DNA of 64,000 nt from Candidatus Sericytochromatia bacterium (GTDB lineage: Bacteria; Cyanobacteriota; Sericytochromatia; S15B-MN24; JAQBPE01): positions 126,507 through 190,506 of the forward strand of contig JBBAPZ010000003.1 of NCBI GenBank assembly GCA_040400605.1, given 5' to 3'. The notes under the pieces are model-generated. The model searched no databases, was not told the origin of the DNA, and worked only from the letters and a program-made list of their open reading frames with translations. Shown here piece by piece: positions 10,990-20,520 of this stretch; position 1 is the first letter of the stretch, and each line of letters begins with the position of its first letter. A program made the position numbers and the translations under genes.

Positions 10990-13900
10990 ATGGGGGTGGC
11001 CTTGTGTTGTCGCAGCAATTTTTCTTTTCTGGAGGGTGCCAGTCATCCGGAGGAACTGGTTGAAGCGGCACATCGTCTGGGGTTGCGGGCGCTGGCGTTG
11101 TGCGATCGCAACGGGTTGTACGGGGTGGTGCGGGCGCATCAACGAGCGCAGGCACTGGGGTTGCAACTTGTGATTGGCGCGCAGGTGAGTGTGTCAGATG
11201 GATCATCCATTGTGTTGCTGGTGCAGGACCGTGTGGGTTATGCGAACTTGTGCAAGGTGTTGAGCATCGGGTGTATGCGATCGCCAAAAGGACAATGCAC
11301 GCTCGAATGGTTTGAAATTGCGATGCATGCCACGGGGTTGATCGCGCTTTGGGGCGGTACCGAAGGCAGTTTGGGTGCAACGATGCCCCCGGATGACGTG
11401 GCACGGTGTTTGCAGGATGCCTTCGGTGAGCGTCTGTACGCGCTCATCACCCGCCACCTGAATGAGGCGGAGAAAGAACGCGAGGCGCGCATTCGAGAAC
11501 GCGCAAGGCGTTATGGGATTCAAACGGTCGCAGCGACGGAGGTGTTGTATCACGCGCGTGAGCGTCAGCCCTTGCAAGACATTTTGACATGTATTCGATG
11601 TGGGGTTGCGTTGGATCAAGCCGGACGGCGTTTGAAAGCCAATGCTGAACATGGTTTGAAAGGCGCGCAGGAACTTGCGGCGCTGTTTGAGGATGTGCCC
11701 GAAGAGTTGGCGAGGGCCGAGGCGATCGCCCGTTCGTGTACGTTTTCGCTCAAAGAACTGCGTTACCGTTACCCCTCTGAGCATCTGCCCAATGGGATGA
11801 CCACGATGGATTATCTGAAGCAATTATGCGCGGAAGGTGCGCGTAAGCATTATGGCGGGATGATTCCTGAAGCGGTGACGCAGCAACTGGCACATGAGTT
11901 TGAATTGATTGAATCGTTGGATTACGGCGGTTATTTTCTCTCCATGCGCGAGATCGTCGACTTTTGTCGCGAACGGGGAATCTTGTGTCAAGGGCGAGGT
12001 TCCGCGGCCAATTCGGCGGTGTGTTTTTGCTTGGGAATCACGGCTGTAGACCCGGTACGGATGGGGTTGCTGTTTGAACGTTTTATTTCAGCGGAGCGCG
12101 CCGAGCCACCGGATATCGACTTGGATATTGCGCACCAGCGGCGTGAAGAGGTGATTCAGCATGTGTATGAGAAGTATGGCCGCAGCCATGCAGCGATGGT
12201 AGCGGTGGTCATCACTTACAAAGGACGCCTGGCTGTGCGGGAGGTGGGCAAGGCTTTGGGCCTTCCTGAAACGGAGTTGGGTCGCTTGGCCAAGTTTGTC
12301 GGGCACGATGGACATTTGACGCCCGAAAAGCTGGCATTGGCAGAATTGAAGGCGGATAAACCCGTTTATGGGTATTTGATGCAGTGGGTACGCGAGTTGG
12401 TTCATTTTCCGCGTCACCTGTCGATTCATCCTGGGGGATTTTTACTTGGGCATCAGCCCGTGAATGAATTGGTGCCGATTGAAAACGGTGCCATGCGCGA
12501 TCGCACGGTGATTCAGTGGGATAAAAACGATGTCGAGGCCTTGGGCCTGTTCAAGGTGGATCTTCTCGGTTTGGGGGCTTTGACCCATCTTTCGGAATGC
12601 TTCGCGCTGATTCAGGCCCATCGTGGCATCACACTCACCATGGCCACGGTGCCTGCCGAAGACCCTGCCACCTACGCGATGTTGGGCAAGGGTGACAGCG
12701 TGGGGGTATTTCAGGTGGAAAGTCGGGCGCAAATGGCGATGCTGCCGCGTCTGAAACCGAAGACCTATTATGATTTGGTGATCGAAATCAGCTTGGTACG
12801 GCCTGGTCCAATCACAGGCGGCATGGTGCATCCTTACCTTCGACGCCGCAATGGTGAAGAAGCCATTGATTATGCCTTGGATTGCCTGCGGCCGGTGCTG
12901 GAAAAAACACTGGGGGTGCCCCTGTTTCAGGAACAGGTCATGAAATTGGCCATGGTCGCGGCTGATTATACGCCAGGTGAAGCGGATCAACTCCGTCGCG
13001 ACATGGCTGCCTGGCGCAAGCGTGGTTCCATCGCCCGGCACCGGAAACGCCTTATTGAGCGCATGCAAGCCCGTGGCGTGCCCATCGCGTTCGCCGAACG
13101 CGTCTTTAAACAGATTGAGGGATTCGGGGATTATGGTTTCCCGGAGGCACACGCGGCCAGTTTTGCGCTCATCACGTATATAGGCGCCTATCTTAAATGT
13201 CATTACCCGGCTGAATTCACGTGTGCGCTGCTCAATGCCCAGCCCATGGGGTTTTATTCCGTCGCTACGATTGTGGAAGATGCGCGTCGCCATCAGGTTA
13301 CGGTACGGCCTTTATGCATCAACCAAAGCGGGTTGGCCAGTACACTGGAGCCAGACGGTGACAGATGGGCCATTCGGATGGGTCTGCGTCACGTCAAAGG
13401 GCTCAGTCGTCAAGCGGCTCAGCGCTTGCGCGCTAACGGTCCTTATGATGATCTCAAAGCCGTGTTGACGCGCAGCGGTGTAGAACGTGGCGACTTGCTC
13501 AAACTGGCTCAAAGCGGTGCATGTCACAGTCTGGGTTGCGATCGCCGCAGTGCGCTCTGGCAGATACGCGGTCATCAAAAGCCCTTGTTTGACGGAAGCA
13601 TGAGCATCCCGGAAGCCATGCCCACTTTCCGAAACCTGTCTTTGTTCGAAGCCATCAACTGGGATTACCAGCATGCCGCGCACAGTACACGGGGGCATCC
13701 CTTGGGTCCTTTGCGCGAACAGTTGCTCAAAAAAGGGTTGCGTGACGCCCGCGGTCTGATGCAACTGCCGGATCAAACACCCGTGCGTTATGCCGGCCTG
13801 GTCATCTGCCGCCAGCGCCCGGGTACGGCGTCGGGTGTGGTCTTTTTAACCCTTGAGGATGAAACAGGCTTCATGAATCTGGTGGTGTGGCCAGGCATCT

Positions 13901-14058
13901 ATGAGCGGCACAAGCGCTTGATCAAAACCGTGTCGTTGCTCGGAGTCAGTGGCAAGCTGCAAGTCAAGCACGGTGTCACACACCTGATCGCGACACGCTT
14001 TTGGCGTCCTGAGATCGACACAGGCATCCAGGCCAGCGCGAGCCGCGATTTTCGCTAA
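10990..14058 (+). CDS. dnaE2: Error-prone DNA polymerase III alpha (DnaE2/ImuC)
   Basis: SNFSFLEGASHPEEL, QGRGSAANS, PPDIDLD, FKVDLLGLG, YGFPEAHAASFA, RQRPGTASG, terminal SRDFR. Confidence 0.97.
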   Translation: MGVALCCRSNFSFLEGASHPEELVEAAHRLGLRALALCDRNGLYGVVRAHQRAQALGLQLVIGAQVSVSDGSSIVLLVQDRVGYANLCKVLSIGCMRSPKGQCTLEWFEIAMHATGLIALWGGTEGSLGATMPPDDVARCLQDAFGERLYALITRHLNEAEKEREARIRERARRYGIQTVAATEVLYHARERQPLQDILTCIRCGVALDQAGRRLKANAEHGLKGAQELAALFEDVPEELARAEAIARSCTFSLKELRYRYPSEHLPNGMTTMDYLKQLCAEGARKHYGGMIPEAVTQQLAHEFELIESLDYGGYFLSMREIVDFCRERGILCQGRGSAANSAVCFCLGITAVDPVRMGLLFERFISAERAEPPDIDLDIAHQRREEVIQHVYEKYGRSHAAMVAVVITYKGRLAVREVGKALGLPETELGRLAKFVGHDGHLTPEKLALAELKADKPVYGYLMQWVRELVHFPRHLSIHPGGFLLGHQPVNELVPIENGAMRDRTVIQWDKNDVEALGLFKVDLLGLGALTHLSECFALIQAHRGITLTMATVPAEDPATYAMLGKGDSVGVFQVESRAQMAMLPRLKPKTYYDLVIEISLVRPGPITGGMVHPYLRRRNGEEAIDYALDCLRPVLEKTLGVPLFQEQVMKLAMVAADYTPGEADQLRRDMAAWRKRGSIARHRKRLIERMQARGVPIAFAERVFKQIEGFGDYGFPEAHAASFALITYIGAYLKCHYPAEFTCALLNAQPMGFYSVATIVEDARRHQVTVRPLCINQSGLASTLEPDGDRWAIRMGLRHVKGLSRQAAQRLRANGPYDDLKAVLTRSGVERGDLLKLAQSGACHSLGCDRRSALWQIRGHQKPLFDGSMSIPEAMPTFRNLSLFEAINWDYQHAAHSTRGHPLGPLREQLLKKGLRDARGLMQLPDQTPVRYAGLVICRQRPGTASGVVFLTLEDETGFMNLVVWPGIYERHKRLIKTVSLLGVSGKLQVKHGVTHLIATRFWRPEIDTGIQASASRDFR

Positions 14059-14713
14059 CCACCCGACAGAAAAACCCGCGCATCAATCAACAACACCATC
14101 ATTCATTTCCACCCACTCGACACTTCGTGAAACTCGGGAGCGCTCGAAACGCTGTTTTAATGCTTGTTTGCGTATCGTTCGCATTTGAACCGAAACCGTT
14201 CGTTTTGTGGATCGGATCTGTTTTAATCGCAAGCCTGTCACCTGACTTCACAGTCTATGTCCAGACAACTGTCGAAAAGCTGTCTCACTCTTCTATCAAA
14301 CGCACACCAACTGTAGGCGGTTACACTTCCCGGCAATCGCGTGGCGTATTGCAATCAACCGGGACGAAGTCTTTGCCTGCTCAGCCCTTGTAAGTGAATC
14401 GAAGCAAGCGGCACGAACGCTGTTTCCACAATAAACTGCAAATCAATAATGTGGTGCTTGGGTTTTTCAATCCACGGATGATGCTTGAGAACGATCAGAT
14501 TGACCGATCGGGCTGACTCGCAACCGCAGTGCTGTGACCCGTAAGAGGCGCTGCAACAGTGCTGCCGGCTGCCGTGCGCCACGAACATTTAACGAACAAT
14601 CCGTGAATCTGATGGATGTTGATGCCTGCTGCTCCATTCTTACCAGCCCTTTCCATCCCAATTTTAATCACTCATTTAACTAAACAAAACACTTAAATGA
14701 CAAGCCAGGGGGC

Positions 14714-15919
14714 ATGAGCGACGACAAGGTTGGGGGACCCGTTCAGAAAAGCTATCCAGACATTGAAAGGGAAATATTCATGTTGAGGGATGCAGTCAGC
14801 CGGCTGGCGTTCATGCAGCATCATTTGGGTCTGGAAAAGGGGTTTCTTGCGGAAACGGTGAACGATCGGGCGCGAGCGGGCATTATTGCGGACACTTTGG
14901 ATATTGGCAAAGTTCCCGCAACACTGACTGGCGATGTGGCACTGGGTGGTCGATTGGAAAAAGCGGCTCAGGTAAGAATGGCGTATCTGAAGCGGGAGAT
15001 GAAAAGGCTTACCCCGCAGGAGCGTGAGACCCTGACAGCACGCGTGGGTGAAATGTCAGCGAAAGGTACCGCCTGGTCTAAGCAGTTGTCAGGTGTGCGT
15101 GAGCGCTTGGCGCAGCAGTCGCCAGAGAATTTGCGGCAAGCAGTTAAAGATGGTGCGATGCGAGACTTTAAAGCTAGTCGAACTGCATCCCCAGCACATG
15201 AATACGAGGCATTGCAGGCTTGGTTCGGTGAAGCGTATGACAATTTGCAAACCTTGGGGATAGCAATACGTGAAAACAAAAAAGCGATTCTCGCGCACCT
15301 CCTGTCACCACAAAAGCGTCAGCGGCGTCTGACTGATATCATCTGGGTGAATCGGCAGAGTGGTTCATCTTACGAGCGGGCCAAGCGAATAACTGATAGG
15401 ATGCAAGCGCAGGGGGGGGGCTTACCCGCTTCGATTGATGTAAAGGTCGTTCAGCGCAGCGAGCCCAATGCCAGGGGCGGCGTTGGCAAGGTTCTTATCA
15501 ACGAAGGTCTTTTTGCGAAATTCTCCGACGATCAACTGGCCTCAATTCTGGGTCACGAAATGGCCCACGTCCGCCATGGAGATAGTGCCGGAATGGCTGC
15601 GGTAAGAGCACGACAGACGAAATGGATGGTCAAGAAAAAGCAGGAATTACCCCAACCGGTACGGGCTGAGTTGAACCAGGCATACCAAGATGCCTGGAAA
15701 CACATCCGAGACCTAATGGAACTCGAGGCCGATGCGGATGGTGTACGCTACATGGCTCGGGCAGGTTTTGATCCTAACGCCGCACTGACCGCTATGGCGA
15801 CACAATTGAACTCAACCAGTCTAAATGCCGACCATCCGGAGGCCATTGTCCGCTTGTTGAACCTGATGGCTGTCATCAAAAACGAACGCCTCGGACAGAT
15901 ACCCGCGTCTACCAATTAG
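14714..15919 (+). CDS. M48-family zinc metallopeptidase with long helical N-terminal region
   Basis: PNA..., LGHEMAHVRH (HExxH), ELEADADG..YM.RAGFDP and DHP..RL motifs. No signal peptide. Confidence 0.85.
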   Translation: MSDDKVGGPVQKSYPDIEREIFMLRDAVSRLAFMQHHLGLEKGFLAETVNDRARAGIIADTLDIGKVPATLTGDVALGGRLEKAAQVRMAYLKREMKRLTPQERETLTARVGEMSAKGTAWSKQLSGVRERLAQQSPENLRQAVKDGAMRDFKASRTASPAHEYEALQAWFGEAYDNLQTLGIAIRENKKAILAHLLSPQKRQRRLTDIIWVNRQSGSSYERAKRITDRMQAQGGGLPASIDVKVVQRSEPNARGGVGKVLINEGLFAKFSDDQLASILGHEMAHVRHGDSAGMAAVRARQTKWMVKKKQELPQPVRAELNQAYQDAWKHIRDLMELEADADGVRYMARAGFDPNAALTAMATQLNSTSLNADHPEAIVRLLNLMAVIKNERLGQIPASTN

Positions 15920-16000
15920 TGCGCCAAGACATTCCGTCCGTCCGATCAACCGGTTCGGAATATGTCAACCAGCGCTACAGAAAGTCGTGAACGCGCCTGT

Positions 16001-16345
16001 TCAGCCGAGGGTCAGATTATGAAGGGCCTCGCGGGCGCGTTCTAGATGCATATCGTTGACGTGAGGCCTCACCGTCTGCCACGCCAGCATGATCACGGCC
16101 GCATCATCGCTGAAGCCCACCATCGCGAGCACGTCTGGAATGGCATCGAGAGGCAATACAAAGTAGGCTAGTGCCGCCGCGACGATCAACTTGACACGTG
16201 GTGGGGTCGCTTGATCCACCAAACAGTAGTACAAAGCGAGCGCTTCTTTCAGAAAAGGAAGACGTGTCGCAAAACGCCGGATATGCGCCCAGAATGCCTT
16301 GGCATCGAACGACCGGGGATCAGGAAGCGGAAAACGATCTGGCAT
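16001..16345 (-). CDS. YkvA/DUF1232 family membrane protein
   Basis: AALAYFVLPLDAIPDVL..VGFSDDA signature. RBS GAGGAG. Confidence 0.92.
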   Translation of the reverse strand: MPDRFPLPDPRSFDAKAFWAHIRRFATRLPFLKEALALYYCLVDQATPPRVKLIVAAALAYFVLPLDAIPDVLAMVGFSDDAAVIMLAWQTVRPHVNDMHLERAREALHNLTLG

Positions 16346-16354
16346 GGGGTCTCC

Positions 16355-16804
16355 TCACACGCTAGACATACCCAGCAAACTCCCCACCGTCAACAGTGAA
16401 CGAGTGGGTATCGGCATTGCGGCAGGCCCGTGATGAACTTCCTCTGCTACCACCGCCTCAGCTTTCGTCACATGCACCGTCCCATGCGGATGTTCAGGAG
16501 GCGTATACAGCGTGTAAAGCTTGAGCGCTCGCTCACCCGAATTGATCACATTGTGCATCGCACGCGCAGGCACCACCAACACATCCCCCGCCGACAGCAC
16601 ACCGTGGTGTTCACCCACATGGTAACGCGCTTCACCCTCAACAATAACCAACACCTGATCCAGTTCGTGCGACTCCAAACCAATGTCATCGCCCACTTCA
16701 ACACACATCACCACCAACTGACTCAGCGGCGTGGTATGCAACACCCGTCGAAAGGCCGTATTGCGCAACGCCTCTTGCACAATGTTGACATGAAAACTCA
16801 ACAC
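16355..16804 (-). CDS. Cupin domain protein
   Basis: FRRVLHTT..SQLVVM..IGLESH..DQ..VPA...HNVIN.G..LKLYTLY.PPEH. Start placed after GGGGAGG. Confidence 0.88.
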   Translation of the reverse strand: MLSFHVNIVQEALRNTAFRRVLHTTPLSQLVVMCVEVGDDIGLESHELDQVLVIVEGEARYHVGEHHGVLSAGDVLVVPARAMHNVINSGERALKLYTLYTPPEHPHGTVHVTKAEAVVAEEVHHGPAAMPIPTRSLLTVGSLLGMSSV

Positions 16805-16849
16805 AACCTCCCCACCAGCAAAACAACGGCTACCGGGCACCGGAATCAA

Positions 16850-17143
16850 TCATTCACGTTTTGTGGAATCAGACGGCAACGCCACCCCATCTTCCCCCAC
16901 CATCACACGCTCAGGCGGCAAAAGGCCCAAACGCCACAGCAACAGCAAGCCAGACGGCACAAGCACAACCGCGACAAAGCTCACAAACGCCAAACCCATC
17001 CCCATCGGGATCCCGCGCAAAAACTCCCGATGCACCAACATCAGCAAAACAACCACCATGATAAGCCAAGTAGGCCGAACCTTCATGACTGATCGGCGTT
17101 TCAGACGATACGTGGGGAGCGGTTTCAGATCTGGCGCTTGCAT
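16850..17143 (-). CDS. Small membrane protein (2 TM)
   Basis: GGAGG RBS, two hydrophobic segments, co-oriented with the cupin and YkvA genes. Confidence 0.6.
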   Translation of the reverse strand: MQAPDLKPLPTYRLKRRSVMKVRPTWLIMVVVLLMLVHREFLRGIPMGMGLAFVSFVAVVLVPSGLLLLWRLGLLPPERVMVGEDGVALPSDSTKRE

Positions 17144-17553
17144 GTCACGACAGGACCTCCTCGAAATGACCCTGCGCCATTATAGCAGAGCCCCAACAAG
17201 CCGAACGTCAAAGCCCAACCAATAAGATCGGTGAGGCCTTTCACCAACCGTCGACCTTGCGGCGACAGCGTGCTTGGCAATCAGTCACATCAAAAAGCGC
17301 CTCAAGAGCCAAACCGGCAATCGAATCTGCCCTTGGTCTCCTCCAACAGTTTGCCTGATTGTTGCCAAAACACTGGTGAAACGAAAACCGCGCGAGTGGG
17401 AGTGTCATGGTCTTGTATCGAGGCCATGGCACCAGCTGTCATCACTGGACCGGGGATCTTGATGATGCCCTCATTGTCAAAGGCGTCTGATTTCTTATCA
17501 AACAGGGTAAATGAACAGCAACGATACCCTTTGACAAAGATCCGGGAGTCAAC

Positions 17554-18483
17554 ATGACCATTGCAGGCAGTCGCATATTCATATCAGTCACGGGTTTGCT
17601 CATGATCATTGGCTGTTCCGTACCGCCAACACAAAAAATAAACCAGATCAATAAACCGCTTGCGAGCAGCCCTAGACCGAATGCTTCCCCATCCGCACCG
17701 GCGCTTGCCCCGTCAGTCGGTCCATCCGCGACGGCCACACTCACCCCATCTTCGCTTCGCACGGTCGCATTTCAGGTTTACGCACCGAGCGTGCAAGCGA
17801 GCAACGGTAAATTGGTGAATGAGGACCCGCAAGGCTTGCTCAGTGAAGCCGGGTTGACGCTGATTGCCCAGGGCGGTGGCAATTTGATTGGCAGCAATGG
17901 TGGGGCCTTGATCGCGCAAGGCGGCGGCAATTACCGTGTTCAGGCAACCCCTGAGCGCCTCGCCCGCGTCGAAAGAGCCATCGTGTACCTGAGCAAACTG
18001 AATGGCGATCGCCTGAAACTGGCCGGCATTGCAGACGCCGATGGCAGCCACCGACTCAGCGACGTACCGGATGGCGAAGACCTCATCGCTGTCGCGGAAT
18101 ATCGCCTGAAAGGCAAGTCCTACCGCTTGCAGGCAGCCGTCCCGCAAGGTGACCTCAGTGGTGCGCCCGTCTACCTCGACCCGATCAACACCTTCGTCGC
18201 CACCCGCATCAAGGCGATTTATCAACAAAATGGCAAAAAACTGACGCCACTCTCTGCGGCTAAACTCAAAGACGCGTGGACCGCCTTTTACGAAGCAGGC
18301 ATCGACGTCGAGCCCGAACTGCTTGAAAACAGCCGCAACTTTGCGGACCTTATCGCTTTCTATGCGCGAAGCCTCGTGCGCATCAACCGCGCGGACGCAC
18401 GCAAAAAAGTGGAAGACTTTATGGCCGAACTCTCGATTCAAAACAACGCGTCACAGCCTTCGCTAACCCCGCAAGCGAAGTGA
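17554..18483 (+). CDS. Lipoprotein with 8-aa LIAQGGGN repeats
   Basis: Lipobox IIGC, P/S linker, LIAQGGGN-LIGSNGGA-LIAQGGGN repeat. Confidence 0.8.
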   Translation: MTIAGSRIFISVTGLLMIIGCSVPPTQKINQINKPLASSPRPNASPSAPALAPSVGPSATATLTPSSLRTVAFQVYAPSVQASNGKLVNEDPQGLLSEAGLTLIAQGGGNLIGSNGGALIAQGGGNYRVQATPERLARVERAIVYLSKLNGDRLKLAGIADADGSHRLSDVPDGEDLIAVAEYRLKGKSYRLQAAVPQGDLSGAPVYLDPINTFVATRIKAIYQQNGKKLTPLSAAKLKDAWTAFYEAGIDVEPELLENSRNFADLIAFYARSLVRINRADARKKVEDFMAELSIQNNASQPSLTPQAK

Positions 18484-18511
18484 GCAACCGCCTAAAAGCC
18501 ACTTCTCACGT

Positions 18512-19297
18512 TTATGGCAGCGCCGTTGTCCCGTGATACAAAAACTCAAGCGCAGCAGGCAAACGGCGCCGCCAATCAATCTCTTTGTGATCACCCGCCT
18601 CATCCGGCAACCACAAATGATGGTGTCCGGGCTCAAACCCCTTGCGCGTCAAAAGCTCATCCATCCACTTGGCATGCTCAATCACCATGCCGTTGGCCTC
18701 TTTACCACCACAATCCAGATACAGACGGGGCTCTCCCACACACCGCGCCTTCGCCACGTACGGAAATACCTGCCCTTGTTGCACCCATAAAGCAGGCGAC
18801 ATGCACAACGCCTTGCCAAAAACCTCGTTGTGCCTGAAAAAACCATACAACGCCATCAAACCACCCAAGGACGCACCACCCAGCATCGTCGCCTCAGGCC
18901 CTTCCAACACCCGCAACTCAGCAGCGACCATCTTCCTTAACGGCCCCACCACCCAATCAAGTAACGCATCCCCACGCGCCGTATGAACAGCCTCCACGGG
19001 CCACGGACTCAACTCTTCCTCACGGTGCACACCGTGGTGAATGCCAACCACGATGGGGACTTCGCGACCCTCGGCAAACAACCGATCCAAGGCATGGTGC
19101 ATATGCCAACCACCCGCCAAGGTCCCGTGATCATCAAACACATTCTGACCATCAAACACAAACGCCACCGGATAGCGCTTCGACGTCGCAACCGCATAAT
19201 CCGGCGGCAAATAAAGCGTCAAAGGACGCGCACCCACAAGGCCAGGTATCTCAAAGGCCCTCGTACGATGCAATTGCCCGCGCCCTGACCCCACCAT
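18512..19297 (-). CDS. Alpha/beta hydrolase (putative esterase family)
   Basis: LYLPPDY, YPVAFVFDGQNVF, nucleophile GASLGG, DCGGKE, GDHKE..W.RRLP. Confidence 0.92.
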   Translation of the reverse strand: MVGSGRGQLHRTRAFEIPGLVGARPLTLYLPPDYAVATSKRYPVAFVFDGQNVFDDHGTLAGGWHMHHALDRLFAEGREVPIVVGIHHGVHREEELSPWPVEAVHTARGDALLDWVVGPLRKMVAAELRVLEGPEATMLGGASLGGLMALYGFFRHNEVFGKALCMSPALWVQQGQVFPYVAKARCVGEPRLYLDCGGKEANGMVIEHAKWMDELLTRKGFEPGHHHLWLPDEAGDHKEIDWRRRLPAALEFLYHGTTALP

Positions 19298-19358
19298 CAA
19301 ATCCCGTCCCTAAATCAACGCCCCTCGCTCCTCCATTGTAAAACGCAAGCCCGTAAAA

Positions 19359-19769
19359 TCAATCGCGCCCCAAACGCGCCGGCCGCTGAATCCCGCGACG
19401 GGCACACACCAGGCTAAAAGCCCAAGCCAAATCCTGACCATCCAACTCACGCCACCGCGTCTCCAATGGCGTGCGATAGACCGCTGCCGCCTGCAAGACA
19501 CCATGCTGAGACGCCGCCAAAATCTCAGTCGCCCGCTCCTGCGACAACACTTGCCCACTCTGACGATCAAGCACCTGCGCGTAATCCGCCAAATGAACCA
19601 ACAAATCCAAATCATACGCGCGCGGCGTACGCATGAGCGCACTCAAAACCGGAACAGCCTCAGGCGCCATCACCACCAGATAACCACCCTGATTCTCCAG
19701 CAACGTGTAACGCAACACGCCACCACCACGCTGCCGCACACTGACTTGATAATCCAACGAAAACAACAT
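19359..19769 (-). CDS. Hypothetical protein
   Basis: 136-aa ORF with RBS-like AGGGGA, co-oriented upstream of the esterase. Confidence 0.6.
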   Translation of the reverse strand: MLFSLDYQVSVRQRGGGVLRYTLLENQGGYLVVMAPEAVPVLSALMRTPRAYDLDLLVHLADYAQVLDRQSGQVLSQERATEILAASQHGVLQAAAVYRTPLETRWRELDGQDLAWAFSLVCARRGIQRPARLGRD

Positions 19770-20434
19770 GACTCATCCCCTGCTTCTTCAACTGCAACGC
19801 TTCAGCACACCCGCCCGACCAACGTCGCGCAAACACGTGCCACAATTAAAATGTAAACTTTTATGAAGAATTTCACGCGAATGGGGTTGCTCAAAAACTT
19901 TGTGCGTTTATCACAATCCACTCATTCGACACGTTGTAAAAACAGATGACACATAAAACGCGAATAAATTATCTGTTTGGGGTCTGTCGGCATCACATCA
20001 AGTCAAAAGGTGCTTGAAAAGTCGCTTCGATACTCGTTTGGCTGCCTTTCGCATGTGTGGTGAAGCGCCTTGCGATGTGGCACGACTCGTTAAAATTGAT
20101 CAGGCGATGGCTTCAATCGCAGGTGTTTTGCCGTGAGCGATCAATTCCCTTGTTTAGGCGTATTTGAATGACGGATTTGTGTTCGCACGCTTTGAGACTC
20201 GACGCCATTGATGCGGGTGAGTCGAAGGTCTGACTTTGGAACGGCGCGGAGCGTGCGACCCATGTGTGATCACTTAAGAAGCCGTTTCCGGGTTTATCCA
20301 GATAATCAACACTGGGCCGATCCCGGTAACCCGCATGAGGACGATGTAACCCAATGATGAAACTTGGAGATCTTTGCCACGCGTTGCTTAGGTAGAGACA
20401 GACGGCGTGCGACCCAAGGCCCGTCGTGGTGCAC

Positions 20435-20478
20435 AAAAAAGGCCCGGTGCCGCAGAACCAAGGCGTGCAGCACCGGGC
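20435..20478 (-). terminator. Rho-independent terminator of ettA
   Basis: Minus strand GCCCGGTGCTGCA...TGCGGCACCGGGC followed by CTTTTTT. Confidence 0.8.
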
Positions 20479-20520
20479 GCAAAAATCAAGGCACAGGCAC
20501 CCAGTGGATGCCGCGCTCAA

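Noticed and set aside
14060..14713. Short Cys-containing ORF 14355-14588 with a CAGTGCTG duplication
   Set aside because: No RBS or family motif, and an 8-bp duplication is compatible with chance.
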